This document shows positions 1-9,814 of a stretch of DNA of 43,939 nt, one piece after another. Position numbers and translations under genes: made by a program. The notes beneath the pieces were generated by a model, which was not told where the DNA came from, made no database searches, and worked only from the letters and a program-made list of their open reading frames with translations. The DNA is taken from NCBI GenBank assembly GCA_011065175.1, contig JAAKFE010000003.1, positions 1 to 43,939 of the forward strand, read 5' to 3'. Within the stretch, counting starts at the first letter, position 1, and the number at the start of each line of letters is the position of its first letter. The stretch is from Candidatus Anoxychlamydiales bacterium (lineage in GTDB: Bacteria; Chlamydiota; Chlamydiia; Chlamydiales; SM23-39).

Positions 1-174
1 TTTGAAATGGTACTGAAAGATATGAATAAAAATGTAAATCATGTCATAAGTGATTTGGCTGGAATATTTTTTATTAATTCAGGTAAATATTTAAGAGATA
101 AAGAAAATTTTCTTATGTTTTTTGCAATAGTTTCTGTGGTTGCAACTTTGAGGGTGCTTTATTTGAAAATTTGA
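1..174 (+). CDS. 3' end of a hypothetical protein (partial, runs off window)
   Basis: Frame 1 is open from base 1 to TGA 172-174 (FEMVLKDM...FLMFFAIVSVVATLRVLYLKI) and has a hydrophobic tail; convergent with rtcA. Confidence 0.5.
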   Translation, partial: FEMVLKDMNKNVNHVISDLAGIFFINSGKYLRDKENFLMFFAIVSVVATLRVLYLKI

Positions 175-198
175 GTTTTTTTTTAAGTGGATTGAAAT

Positions 199-1242
199 TT
201 AGCCAATTCCATGAATAGTAAGAAGATTGCCAAAGATTTCAGATTTAACATTTAAAAATTTTTCAATTAGCCAAAGATTTGATTCAATATGCTCGGTCAT
301 TTTAGGAATTATATACTTAGATGTGCCTTTGGCTAGAGCTGCATATAAAATTAATTGATCTGCTGTATATCTATCTACCGTAGCGTTTGAATTAAAATCT
401 TGCATCAATCTTTTGGCGACTGTTTTGCCTATCGCTTCGGAGGTTCTGCCTATTTTTCCAGCAACGTCAATACCAATTATGCAGCCAGTTTCTGTTTCAA
501 TAAAGCAAGTAAGTGAAGCTCCTTTTTGATCGGCTGTTTCATCATAGATAAGTTCAATATCACTTTTTATATTGAGTCCCATATTTTCTAGCTCTTTTTG
601 AAAACTCAAAAACATTCTTTTTGATACTTCTTGTTCTTTTAAATTAGAAGATAGTGCGATACCCTTTATTTTTTTTATCTTTCCTTGTTTTTCTAAACAA
701 ATTGGCAAAACATTTTTTTTGATAGGATGTATTTTAAGTTTTATTTTTCCTCCTCCTGTAGGGACATATCCTGGTTTTAAAATTTCTAAAGATATGTCTA
801 TATTCATGCGTTTTAAAAGAGGTAAAACAACAAACGCAAGATGATGAGCTGCTGGAGCAAAATCTTGAAAAAGCCCGCCTGTTAGTTCAATAGTAGAAGG
901 TGTATCTGCAAAAAGAAGCATTGGAATTATAGCAGATGCTAGCATTGTAGTAGATCCTGCTGTACCTATGTCGAATGAATAATTTCCAGAAAATATTTTT
1001 TTTCCAGGAGTATAAAAAATTTCTTCAGATCCAACATAGGCATTTTTTAATTCACCTTTTGTAATCTCTTTGCAGGCTTCAATAGCTTTTAGATGTTGCG
1101 GCCTTAGTCCCTTTTTTTCTCTTTTTTGTCTGATATTAAAAAGATGAAGACTTTTCTTTGTTATAGAAGTAAGAGTAGCTGAATATCTTAGAATTGTTCC
1201 TGAGCCTGATTTTTCAGAGCCATCTATTTCAAAAAAACTCAT
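199..1242 (-). CDS. rtcA: RNA 3'-terminal phosphate cyclase
   Basis: IDGS..SGSGTILR, NIRQKR...GLRPQHL, IGTAGSTT, ADQLI and C-terminal TEHIESN (adenylated His motif). Confidence 0.92.
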   Translation of the reverse strand: MSFFEIDGSEKSGSGTILRYSATLTSITKKSLHLFNIRQKREKKGLRPQHLKAIEACKEITKGELKNAYVGSEEIFYTPGKKIFSGNYSFDIGTAGSTTMLASAIIPMLLFADTPSTIELTGGLFQDFAPAAHHLAFVVLPLLKRMNIDISLEILKPGYVPTGGGKIKLKIHPIKKNVLPICLEKQGKIKKIKGIALSSNLKEQEVSKRMFLSFQKELENMGLNIKSDIELIYDETADQKGASLTCFIETETGCIIGIDVAGKIGRTSEAIGKTVAKRLMQDFNSNATVDRYTADQLILYAALAKGTSKYIIPKMTEHIESNLWLIEKFLNVKSEIFGNLLTIHGIG

Positions 1243-3468
1243 CTAATTAAATGATTTAATTATTTTCTTTTTATATCTTTTCATAAAAAGTGAGTTTGTT
1301 ACAACCGAAACAGAACTAAATGCCATAGCAATAGCTGCAACCATTGGATTTAATAAAAAACCTGTAAATGGATATAAAATCCCTGCAGCTATCGGGATAG
1401 CAGCAGTGTTATATATAAATGCCCAAAATAGATTTTGTCTGATTTTTCTAATAACAAATTTTGAGAGTAAAATTGCTCTATAAACATCCCTAATGTCATC
1501 TTTCATTAAGACTATATCTGCAGATTCTATCGCTACATCCGTTCCTCTTCCAATCGCTATTCCTACATCTGATTGAGCGAGTGCTGGAGCGTCGTTTATT
1601 CCATCGCCTACCATTGCAACTGATATATTTTTAGCTTGGAGTTTTTTTATCTCATTTGCTTTATCTTGAGGCAAAACTTCTGCAATTATATCGTGATATT
1701 CAATTTTTGCTTTTATACCGATGGCCTCTGCTGTTTTTTTATTATCTCCTGTCATCATATATATGTGATCTACAATTCCTTGAAGCTTTATCATCGCTTG
1801 TTTTACATGTTTTTTTACAACATCAGCAATTGCAATTAAACCTAAGAGTTTTTTATTAACTACTACTAAAAGTGTGGTATTTCCTTCATTCATTAAATGA
1901 TCAATATCTAAATTTGCATTTGATATATCTATATTATTTTCTAGCATGAAATTTTTATTACCAATTAAAACTTCTTCATTATCTATTGTAGCTTTTGCAC
2001 CTTTGCCAGAGAATTCTTCAAAATTTAAAACTTCTTTAAACGAAATTTTTTCTTCTCTTGCTTTTTCAACAATAGCATCAGCTAGGGGATGCAAAGATTT
2101 TTTTTCGATAGATGCAGCGTATGTTAAAATCTCGGTTTTTTTAATTGAATAGGGAATGATATTTGTAACTTTAGGTTTTCCTTCTGTTAGAGTTCCCGTT
2201 TTATCAAAAACTATAGCATTTATATTTTTTAGTTTTTGAAGACTCTCTGCGCTTTTTATCAATATTCCTAACTCTGCTCCCATTCCTGTTCCAACCATAA
2301 TAGCAGTGGGAGTAGCGAGGCCTAATGCGCAAGGACATGCGATAATTAATACGGATATAAAAATAGTTAAAGAAAATATAAATGTAGATCCTAAAAAAAA
2401 CCAAAGACAAAAGGAAAAAATTGCTACAATTAGAACAATCGGAACAAAATATGATGCTATAAAATCAACTTGCTTTTGAATTGGAGCTTTAGATGTTTGA
2501 GCCTCTTCAACGAGTTTTATTATTTGTGATAAAACTGTATCTTTTCCAATTTTTAAAGCCTTAAAATTAAAGCTTCCAGTTTTATTTATCGTTCCTCCAA
2601 TTACATTTGAGTCTTTTACCTTTTCAATAGGAATACTCTCTCCTGTAATCATAGACTCATCTACAGATGAGTGGCCATCTATAATAATTCCATCAACTGG
2701 AATTTTTTCTCCTGGTCTAACCACAATAATATCATTTATTAAAACATCTGTTATTGGTATTTCAATTTCCTTTTGATCTCTAATTACTATCGCGAATTTT
2801 GGTTTTAGTCCCATTAATTTTTTTATAGCCTGAGAGGTTTTTCCTTTAGCAATTGCTTCTAGATATCTTCCAAGTAAAATAAAAGTAATTAAAAAAGCAG
2901 CTATTTCAAAATATAAATTTTGATGAGAAAAGCTTTCATTACCCAGCCATATTTGAATTACCGATACCAAACTATAGATATAAGCAGCTGAAACTCCAAT
3001 AGCGATGAGCGTATCCATGTTCGCTCTTTTTGTTTTATAAAGAGCAAAAATTCCTCTTGTAAAAAATTCATAGCCCATAAATATAACAGGCGTCGCTAAG
3101 ATGAGTTGAATAAAACCCATATGTTTTATCAAAATTTTAGGAAGAAAAGCAGATGTCATAGCAAAATACATCAAAGGAATAGAAAGTATTAGAGAAATTA
3201 TAAATCTAATTTTTAAGCTTTTTATCTCTTTTTCTTTTTTACGTTGATCTATGTCTTCTTTTTCAGCTAAGTAGCCAGCTTTTTCAACGGCTTTAAAAAT
3301 ATCTTCATCTTTTAATTTATTTTCATCAAACTCTACAAAAGCTTTAGCAGAAGCAAAATTTATATTTATCTTTTTTATTCCGTCTAATTTTTTTATCTCA
3401 GTTTCAATAGAATTTACACAGCTAGCGCAGTGCATGCCAGTTATTGAAAAATTTATTTTTTTTGCCAT
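1243..3468 (-). CDS. copA: Cu(I)-translocating P1B-type ATPase
   Basis: N-terminal GMHCASC HMA domain, [28 protein letters not shown] and MAFSS transmembrane motifs. Confidence 0.95.
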   Translation of the reverse strand: MAKKINFSITGMHCASCVNSIETEIKKLDGIKKININFASAKAFVEFDENKLKDEDIFKAVEKAGYLAEKEDIDQRKKEKEIKSLKIRFIISLILSIPLMYFAMTSAFLPKILIKHMGFIQLILATPVIFMGYEFFTRGIFALYKTKRANMDTLIAIGVSAAYIYSLVSVIQIWLGNESFSHQNLYFEIAAFLITFILLGRYLEAIAKGKTSQAIKKLMGLKPKFAIVIRDQKEIEIPITDVLINDIIVVRPGEKIPVDGIIIDGHSSVDESMITGESIPIEKVKDSNVIGGTINKTGSFNFKALKIGKDTVLSQIIKLVEEAQTSKAPIQKQVDFIASYFVPIVLIVAIFSFCLWFFLGSTFIFSLTIFISVLIIACPCALGLATPTAIMVGTGMGAELGILIKSAESLQKLKNINAIVFDKTGTLTEGKPKVTNIIPYSIKKTEILTYAASIEKKSLHPLADAIVEKAREEKISFKEVLNFEEFSGKGAKATIDNEEVLIGNKNFMLENNIDISNANLDIDHLMNEGNTTLLVVVNKKLLGLIAIADVVKKHVKQAMIKLQGIVDHIYMMTGDNKKTAEAIGIKAKIEYHDIIAEVLPQDKANEIKKLQAKNISVAMVGDGINDAPALAQSDVGIAIGRGTDVAIESADIVLMKDDIRDVYRAILLSKFVIRKIRQNLFWAFIYNTAAIPIAAGILYPFTGFLLNPMVAAIAMAFSSVSVVTNSLFMKRYKKKIIKSFN

Positions 3469-3539
3469 ATAAAAAAATCCTATTTATTCAATTTATATAA
3501 TATTTGAAAATTTGCTCATAGGAGTTTTGTGTGTTTTTA

Positions 3540-3569
3540 TTGATATTTTTAGGTTTTTTATGATAAAAT
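3540..3569 (+). promoter_or_regulatory. Sigma70/66-type promoter for hcp
   Basis: TTGATA-N18-TAAAAT with an extended TG; embedded in an imperfect inverted repeat (attgatattttta...taaaaaatcaat). Confidence 0.45.
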
Positions 3570-3603
3570 AAAAAATCAATTAATAATTTAATGGTCAAAA
3601 AAT

Positions 3604-5253
3604 ATGTTTTGTTATCAATGTGAACAAACAAAAGATTCTCTAGCTTGCAAAGGGCCTAGAGGCGTTTGCGGAAAAGATGAAACGGTAGCGAGTCTTCAAG
3701 ATGTTTTGGTTTATTTAACTAAGGGTATTTCTATGTATGCTCATAGAGCGGCTATTTTAAATGAGAAAGATGAAGATATCGATCTTTTTGTTATAGAAGC
3801 TCTATTTGCAACAGTTACAAATGTTGATTTTGATAAAGATAGATTTCTAAAATTAATAAAAAAAGCTTTTGAGATTAAGAAAAAAGCTAAAGATTTATAT
3901 GAAGGAGCATGTGAAAAAAATTTAAAGGAGATTGAAAAATTATATGGGCCTGCTTTAGAAGCTGAGATAACTGGATTAGATGAGCTTTTAAAATTTTCAA
4001 AAGAGGTTTCGTTTGAAAAAGAAAAAGAAAAGTTTGGCGATGACGTTGCTGGTTTATTAGATTTAATATTATTTGGTTTAAAAGGAGCTGCATCTTATTT
4101 GGATCATGCATATATCTTAGGGAAAAAAGATAAAAAACTATTTTCTGATTTTCATAAAATTTTAGATTTTTTAACTAAAGAAAAATTTATTCAAGAAGAA
4201 ATTTTACAAAAAGTTTTAAATGTAGGTGAGATCAATTTAAGGGTAATGAAGCTTTTAGATGAAGCGCATACTTCTACTTTTGATCATCCAACACCTACAA
4301 AAGTTAGAATTACACCAAAAAAAGGAAAAGCTATATTAGTCTCGGGTCATGATTTAAAAGATTTAGAAGATCTTTTGAAACAAACAGATGGACTTGGAAT
4401 TAATATATATACCCATGGTGAAATGCTGCCAGCTCATGGTTATCCTAAACTTAAAAAATATTCACATTTAGCGGGAAATTATGGAGGGGCATGGCAATTA
4501 CAAAAATGGGAGTTCGAAAATTTTCCGGGTCCTATTTTAATGACAACAAATTGTATAATTGAACCAAAAGAATCTTATAAAGATAGAATTTTTTCAAAAG
4601 GATTAGTAGGTTGGCCAGGTGTTAAACATATAAAAGATAATGATTTTAAAGAGCTAATTGAAAAAGCAAAAAAAGAAAAGGGTTTTGAAAAAGATGAAGA
4701 AGAAAAATTTATTACAGTTGGATTTGGTCACAATGCAGTTCTTTCTTTAGCAGATACAATTATCGATAAAGTAAAAAGCGGTAAAATTAAGCACTTTTTT
4801 TTAATAGGTGGCTGCGATGGCGCAAAGATTGGTAGAAATTACTATACAGATTTTGCAAATCTAGTACCTAAAGATTCAGTGATACTTACTTTAGCTTGTG
4901 GTAAATATAGATTTAATAAATTAGATTTTGGATCAATAGAAGAAATTCCAAGACTTTTGGATGTCGGTCAGTGCAATGATGCTTATTCTGCTATAAAAAT
5001 AGTGCTTGCTTTAGCTGACGCTTTTAAATGTGATGTAAATGATCTTCCGCTTTCTTTAGTTTTATCTTGGTTTGAGCAAAAAGCAGTGGCAATTTTATTA
5101 ACACTTTTGTATTTAAACATCAAAAATATAAGACTTGGACCTACACTGCCAGCTTTTATAACGAAAGATGTATTTAAAATTCTTCAAGATAAATTCAATA
5201 TTATGCCAACAGGTGATGCGAAGCAAGATATTGAAGATATTTTAAGAAAATAA
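3604..5253 (+). CDS. hcp: Hybrid cluster protein (hydroxylamine/NO reductase)
   Basis: MFCYQCEQT...C...GVCGK N-terminus, SGHDL, THGEMLPAH, TTNC, GGCDG, LACGKY, GQCNDAY, SWFEQKA. Confidence 0.97.
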   Translation: MFCYQCEQTKDSLACKGPRGVCGKDETVASLQDVLVYLTKGISMYAHRAAILNEKDEDIDLFVIEALFATVTNVDFDKDRFLKLIKKAFEIKKKAKDLYEGACEKNLKEIEKLYGPALEAEITGLDELLKFSKEVSFEKEKEKFGDDVAGLLDLILFGLKGAASYLDHAYILGKKDKKLFSDFHKILDFLTKEKFIQEEILQKVLNVGEINLRVMKLLDEAHTSTFDHPTPTKVRITPKKGKAILVSGHDLKDLEDLLKQTDGLGINIYTHGEMLPAHGYPKLKKYSHLAGNYGGAWQLQKWEFENFPGPILMTTNCIIEPKESYKDRIFSKGLVGWPGVKHIKDNDFKELIEKAKKEKGFEKDEEEKFITVGFGHNAVLSLADTIIDKVKSGKIKHFFLIGGCDGAKIGRNYYTDFANLVPKDSVILTLACGKYRFNKLDFGSIEEIPRLLDVGQCNDAYSAIKIVLALADAFKCDVNDLPLSLVLSWFEQKAVAILLTLLYLNIKNIRLGPTLPAFITKDVFKILQDKFNIMPTGDAKQDIEDILRK

Positions 5254-5351
5254 TTGGTGTAATCAAAACTTGAAGCCAGTTTTTTATTGAAAATAATAAG
5301 TTCAAAAGTTACTATTTCAAATCTTTTTAATTTTTTAATAAGGAGAAAAAA

Positions 5352-5811
5352 ATGGCAAGTGCTTTCGCAGTAAATTTTTTTTGATAATAGTGCCTGGAAG
5401 AGTATTAAAACAGGTGCAATCTACGGAGCTACAACCCTGGGGTTATGTGGTGTAATTGCAACGGTTGCAAGTGCTAATTTTGAATGGTTGTCTGGAGATT
5501 GCAGGAGTATAGATATGCATTGTCTAGCAAAGGAGGTTATTGCAGACCTTTCTTTTGGAATTTGTTACGGTTCTATCATTGGTGGTGCGTCAGGATTGGT
5601 CATTGATGGTTTATCAAGATTGGGCAACAATCCAAGATTGGAAGAAAAAGAAAAATTGATTAAAAGTCTTTCCTCGGCTCTTAATGTAGTAATTTTTGCA
5701 AGCATTTTCATCTGTAATTTGAACTTATTTTCAACTGCCCAAGAAAGATTATTATCAGGTGGAATTGGGGGGATAGTTGGTCTTTTATACATCTCGGGAG
5801 CGAATTTTTAA
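5352..5811 (+). pseudogene. Multi-TM hypothetical membrane protein frameshifted at a T8 tract
   Basis: AGGAG RBS at 5341-5345 and ATG at 5352. Translation stops at TGA right after the T8 run (5375-5382). Removing one T joins it in frame to ORF 5488..5811. Confidence 0.7.
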
Positions 5812-5842
5812 AAAAACCTTTTACAATAAATCCCCAAATTTC

Positions 5843-6065
5843 ATGAATTTTTTTTTGACAGATGAAGAAATAGCTTCTTTAACGAAACAGCATAAGAAGG
5901 AAAGAGATGGTCGAGTTAGAGATCGAATAAAAGCTGTTTTATTACGTGATAAAGGTCGGACTTGGATGCAAATAGCAGAAGCTTTACTACTTTCAGAAGA
6001 GATGCTTCGAAAGCATCTTGAAGACTACAAGATCTCAAAAAAGCTTAAACCTGAAAATGGCAGCT
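5843..6065 (+). mobile_element. IS630-family transposase N-terminal (HTH) remnant
   Basis: LTDEEIASL..QHKKERDGRVRDRIKAVLL...QIAEALLL is a typical IS630 N-terminus; no DDE domain follows. Confidence 0.75.
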
Positions 6066-6079
6066 CGCAACCGTCCCAT

Positions 6080-6170
6080 ATATATAGAAATCGAAGAAAA
6101 AGATTTGGTTTAAGATTTAATCTAATAGCAGGAATTTATAATTATGAAATTTAATTACACAAGAGTTCTA
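6080..6170 (+). mobile_element. IS5-family (ISL2-like, DDE_Tnp_4) transposase C-terminal remnant with probable right end
   Basis: YRNRRKRFGLRFNLIAGIYNYE followed by acacaagagttcta, which resembles IS5/ISL2-type ends as I recall them. Confidence 0.65.
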
Positions 6171-6248
6171 CTGTGTGCTGTAATATCTGGAGTAGAAGGA
6201 TGGCAAGATATAGAAAATTTTGGTAAAGCCAAGATTAATTTTTTTTAA
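6168..6248 (+). mobile_element. ISAs1-family transposase N-terminal remnant
   Basis: Unannotated frame reads LLCAVISGVEGWQDIENFGKAK, the DDE_Tnp_1-associated domain signature. Confidence 0.75.
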
Positions 6249-6350
6249 AAACTTTTAGCAAATAAATTAGAATTTTTAACAAAATTGCATTATTTGATAT
6301 TTTAGTTAATACTAATTTTGTCTATCAGAGATTTTAAGAAGAGAAGAGTT

Positions 6351-7868
6351 ATGTTAAAAAAAATATTTTTAATTCTTTGTATTCCTACTTTGTTTTTTTT
6401 AACCTCTTGTAAAAAAAAAGATAAAGAAAAAACAAAAAAGTGTTTAACAATAAATATTGTATCTGAGCCGCAGAGTTTATATCCTTTAAAAGCAAGAGAT
6501 TTAGTATCTCTAAATTTAGCAAAAACATTTTTCGATGGACTTATGAGAGTAGATAATGAAGGAAACATATTACCTGCAGTTGCTCAAAGTTATAATGTTT
6601 CAGAAGATGGTAAAATATATACTTTTTTTTTAAGAGACTCTTTTTGGTCAAATGGTGAGAAGTTAACAGCTGATGATTTTGAATATACCTGGAAAAAAGT
6701 TTTATCTCCTAGTTTTATCACGCCAAATGCAACTTCATTATTTGTAATAAAAAATGCAAAAAAAGCAAAAGAAAAAAAAGTTTCTTTAGATGAAGTAGGT
6801 ATAAAAACTATAGATGATAAAACTCTTAAAATTGAGCTTGAAAGAACTTGTCCATATTTTTTAAAGCTTTTAACTCAAGGCGCTTTTTTTGCAATAAATA
6901 AAAACGTTGATCAAAAAAATAAAAATTGGGCTTTAGATAAAAGTAGTTTTGTATCTAATGGAGCCTTTAAATTATCGGAGTGGAAAAAAAATGATATTAT
7001 TGAAGCTGAGAAAAATGAGTTTTATTGGGATAAAGATAAAGTTAAATTAGAAAAAATATCTATGCTGATGCTTACAAATGATGTTGAGCTTAATATGTTT
7101 GAGTTAAATGAGCTAGATATAGCAGGATCTCCATTTTCTACAATAATAATCGATAGTTTAGAAAATTTAAAAAAAGATAAAAATTTTCATATAAAACCAT
7201 ATTTTGGCACTAGTTTTTTAAGGGTAAATACTAAAAAAATAAAAGATGTAGATTTTAGACAAGCTTTAGTAAATTCTTTTGATAGAGAAAAAATTGTAAA
7301 ACATATTTTGCAAGGTGAGCAGCTTTCATCTTCTAGATTAATTCCTGTTAAAAAAAGCAAAAATGTTCCAATTATAAAAAAAGATTATTCTCAAAAAGAA
7401 ATAACTCTCACCTATATGGGTAATGATAGAGCTCATATTCTTGCGCAAGCTTTACAAAGTGAGTTAAAAAAGAATTTAAATATAGATCTAAAACTTTTAG
7501 TAGTTGAGAGAAAAACTTTTTATGAAAAACTCTCTAAACTTGATTATGATTTAGCTCTGTCATCTTGGATAGCAGATTTTGATGATCCAATAGATTTTTT
7601 AAATGTTTTTAAATATAAAGATAGCTCAACTAGTAATACAGGTTGGGAAAATCAAGAATATATTGAGCTTTTAGAAAAATCAGAAAATATTTTAGATCAT
7701 AAAAAAAGAGAAAAAACATTAAAAAAAGCTGAAGATATTTTATTAAAAGATGTTCCAATAATACCGATTTATCATCTAACTCAAAATTTTTTAAAAAAAG
7801 AAAATCTAAAAGATGTTTTTATTTATCCTAGCGGTTTTATAGATTTTAAATATGCATACTTTGAATAA
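6351..7868 (+). CDS. oppA: Oligopeptide ABC transporter substrate-binding lipoprotein
   Basis: Lipobox LTSC after ATG 6351; family-5 motifs DGKIYTFFLR..WSNGE.LTADDF, SNGAFKL, WIADFDDP. Confidence 0.9.
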   Translation: MLKKIFLILCIPTLFFLTSCKKKDKEKTKKCLTINIVSEPQSLYPLKARDLVSLNLAKTFFDGLMRVDNEGNILPAVAQSYNVSEDGKIYTFFLRDSFWSNGEKLTADDFEYTWKKVLSPSFITPNATSLFVIKNAKKAKEKKVSLDEVGIKTIDDKTLKIELERTCPYFLKLLTQGAFFAINKNVDQKNKNWALDKSSFVSNGAFKLSEWKKNDIIEAEKNEFYWDKDKVKLEKISMLMLTNDVELNMFELNELDIAGSPFSTIIIDSLENLKKDKNFHIKPYFGTSFLRVNTKKIKDVDFRQALVNSFDREKIVKHILQGEQLSSSRLIPVKKSKNVPIIKKDYSQKEITLTYMGNDRAHILAQALQSELKKNLNIDLKLLVVERKTFYEKLSKLDYDLALSSWIADFDDPIDFLNVFKYKDSSTSNTGWENQEYIELLEKSENILDHKKREKTLKKAEDILLKDVPIIPIYHLTQNFLKKENLKDVFIYPSGFIDFKYAYFE

Positions 7869-7892
7869 TTTTTATTAAAAAGGAATGAAAAG

Positions 7893-9296
7893 TTGAAAAA
7901 AACAAAAGTTTTAAATTTATTTACTCTTCTTTGGGTGACAGCAGCTTTTAATGTCTCCATTCGAAACTTAGGTATTTTTGCTACAACAAGCATGCATATG
8001 ATCTTTTTTGCTGTCGTTACTTTAGCTGTTTTTTATCTGCCTATTGCTTTAGTTACAGCAGAAATGGCTACGACATTTCCAAAAATGGGAGGTATCGCTG
8101 TTTGGGTAAAAGAAGCTTTTGGAAAAAAAATTGGGCTATTAGCAATTTGGCTTCAATGGACTTATATGAATATAGCAATGATCGCTATGCTATATTTTAT
8201 TTCAGCATCACTATCATTTGTATTTGCTCCTCATCTAGTTCATAATAAGGCTTATCTCATCTCAATGAATATTATTTTGATTTGGCTTTTTACTTTTTTT
8301 AATTTAAGAGGTCTTAAAATATCTACAAAGATCTCTCAAACATTTTTTATTTTAGGGATTTTGATTCCAGCTATTTTAATTATAGGATTGGGAGTTATAT
8401 ATGTAGTGCAAGCAAAACCAATTCAAATAGATACGACTTTTAGTGTTAAAAATTACTTGCCAGATTTTCATCTTACAACTTTAGTTATTTTAATTGGTTT
8501 TATGAGAGCTTTTGGAGGAATAGAAGGCTCTGCTGTCCATGCAAATAGCGTTGAAAATCCTAAAAAAAATTATCCTTTAGCTATTTTTTTTGCGGTAACA
8601 CTCGGATTTTTAATAAATATTTTAGGATCTATGTCACTTGCTTTTGTAATACCTCAAAAAGATATCTCTTTAATCGGGGGAGTAATGCATGCTTTTAGTA
8701 TTTATTTTACAAAATATAATCTTAAATTTTTGATTCCTCTTTTAGGTCTTTTAGTTGCAATTGGTCAGATGGGTGGATTTTCAACATGGCTAGCTGGTCC
8801 TGTTAAAGGACTTTTAGAAACTGCAAAAGCAGGGGAGCTTCCTGTTTTTTTTCAAAAAGTGAATAAAAATAACATGCCTTCTAACTTAATGATAATTCAA
8901 GCAATTGTTATCTCTATTTCTAGCACAACCTTTCTTTTAGTTAGCTCAAGTATTAATATGTCTTTTTGGATTTCTGTTGCTCTTTCCATGATGATATATG
9001 TTTCTATGTATTTTTTGATGATTCTTTCTTGTTTGTCTCTTAGATATAAAAAACCAGATATTCAAAGAGTTTTTAAAATACCTTTTAAAAATTTTGGACT
9101 ATGGTTAGTTTCTATTTTAGGAATGATGACTATGGTTTTTGCTTTTGTTATGGCTTTAATTCCGCCTAATCAATTAGAAAAAGAAAACTCTTTAAAATAT
9201 TTCTTAATTTTAATAATTTCAGTAATTATTGTTTATATAATTCCTTTTTTAATCCATCGATTAAAAAAAGAATCTTGGTTTGTTAAAAGCAAATAA
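7893..9296 (+). CDS. APC-family amino acid permease/antiporter, GadC-like (APC1)
   Basis: About 12 TM helices; AEMATTFPKMGGIAVWVKEAFG, GIE, NPKKNYP, LRYKKPDIQRVFKIP. Confidence 0.88.
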   Translation: MKKTKVLNLFTLLWVTAAFNVSIRNLGIFATTSMHMIFFAVVTLAVFYLPIALVTAEMATTFPKMGGIAVWVKEAFGKKIGLLAIWLQWTYMNIAMIAMLYFISASLSFVFAPHLVHNKAYLISMNIILIWLFTFFNLRGLKISTKISQTFFILGILIPAILIIGLGVIYVVQAKPIQIDTTFSVKNYLPDFHLTTLVILIGFMRAFGGIEGSAVHANSVENPKKNYPLAIFFAVTLGFLINILGSMSLAFVIPQKDISLIGGVMHAFSIYFTKYNLKFLIPLLGLLVAIGQMGGFSTWLAGPVKGLLETAKAGELPVFFQKVNKNNMPSNLMIIQAIVISISSTTFLLVSSSINMSFWISVALSMMIYVSMYFLMILSCLSLRYKKPDIQRVFKIPFKNFGLWLVSILGMMTMVFAFVMALIPPNQLEKENSLKYFLILIISVIIVYIIPFLIHRLKKESWFVKSK

Positions 9297-9297
9297 A
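9196..9297 (+). repeat. Direct repeat R1, copy a (last ~100 bp of APC1)
   Basis: Near-identical to 13730-13831 (aatatttcttaattttaataatttca...gttaaaagcaaataaa). Confidence 0.93.
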
Positions 9298-9455
9298 TAC
9301 AGAAATGGCGTATTAAAATTATTTTTCTATAAATAATCTTTCATGAGAAACTCTTCTTGTTATTTTTCAGGAGGTTCTGTTCATGGATTAAGGGGCATTA
9401 AAATATTTACTAAGAAAATATTTTGCGGGAGCTACTGTTTTTCTATCATTAAGCT

Positions 9456-9485
9456 TTGACAAATATCTAGAAATACAAATATAAT
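9456..9485 (+). promoter_or_regulatory. Consensus sigma70/66 promoter of the leader-SSS operon
   Basis: TTGACA (9456-9461), N18, TATAAT (9480-9485). Confidence 0.8.
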
Positions 9486-9529
9486 AATTGTAGTTTTCAG
9501 AGACAACAGGTCTCACAAAGGAGAAAAAC

Positions 9530-9661
9530 ATGAAAATACAATCAAAGGCAGACAGTTCAGAGTCTTTTGATTTAATAAAGGACTCTACTAATTTATTTAT
9601 TATTTTTTCATTTACTTCTATTTTCTCTCATTCTCATCATCATTTAATCCATCTTCATTAA
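9530..9661 (+). CDS. Putative His-rich leader peptide, 43 aa
   Basis: AAGGAG RBS at 9518-9523; MKIQSKADSSESFDLIKDSTNLFIIFSFTSIFSHSHHHLIHLH*, with six His among the last ten codons. Confidence 0.7.
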   Translation: MKIQSKADSSESFDLIKDSTNLFIIFSFTSIFSHSHHHLIHLH

Positions 9662-9695
9662 ATTTTAATTTTTAACAAATTAGTTTAAAAAACTG

Positions 9696-9767
9696 GATGT
9701 TAAAGAAGTAGCATATTTGCATATGTAGATTTTTAGAATCTATATCACTTCTTAAATATCTATTTTC
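9696..9767 (+). promoter_or_regulatory. Structured leader RNA (attenuator-like)
   Basis: Outer stem gatgttaaagaagt/acttcttaaatatc encloses catat-ttgc-atatg and tagatt-tttag-aatcta hairpins, followed by tattttct. Confidence 0.5.
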
Positions 9768-9814
9768 TAAGAGTAAAAAATTTAAATTAACAATAAAAAA
9801 TACAGGATTTTTAT

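Noticed and set aside
1636-2410. Short ORFs inside copA, and similar ones inside hcp, oppA, SSS, racemase, aspD, pit, birA, rpsJ and fusA
   Set aside because: They overlap well-supported genes on the opposite strand or in another frame and show no motifs.
3539-3580. TTGAT...ATCAA upstream of hcp as an FNR/HcpR box
   Set aside because: The half-sites are about 30 nt apart rather than 4; kept only as part of the promoter call.
9335-9390. Imperfect long hairpin downstream of APC1
   Set aside because: Many mismatches and no clear U-tract; cannot distinguish a terminator or recombination site from chance.
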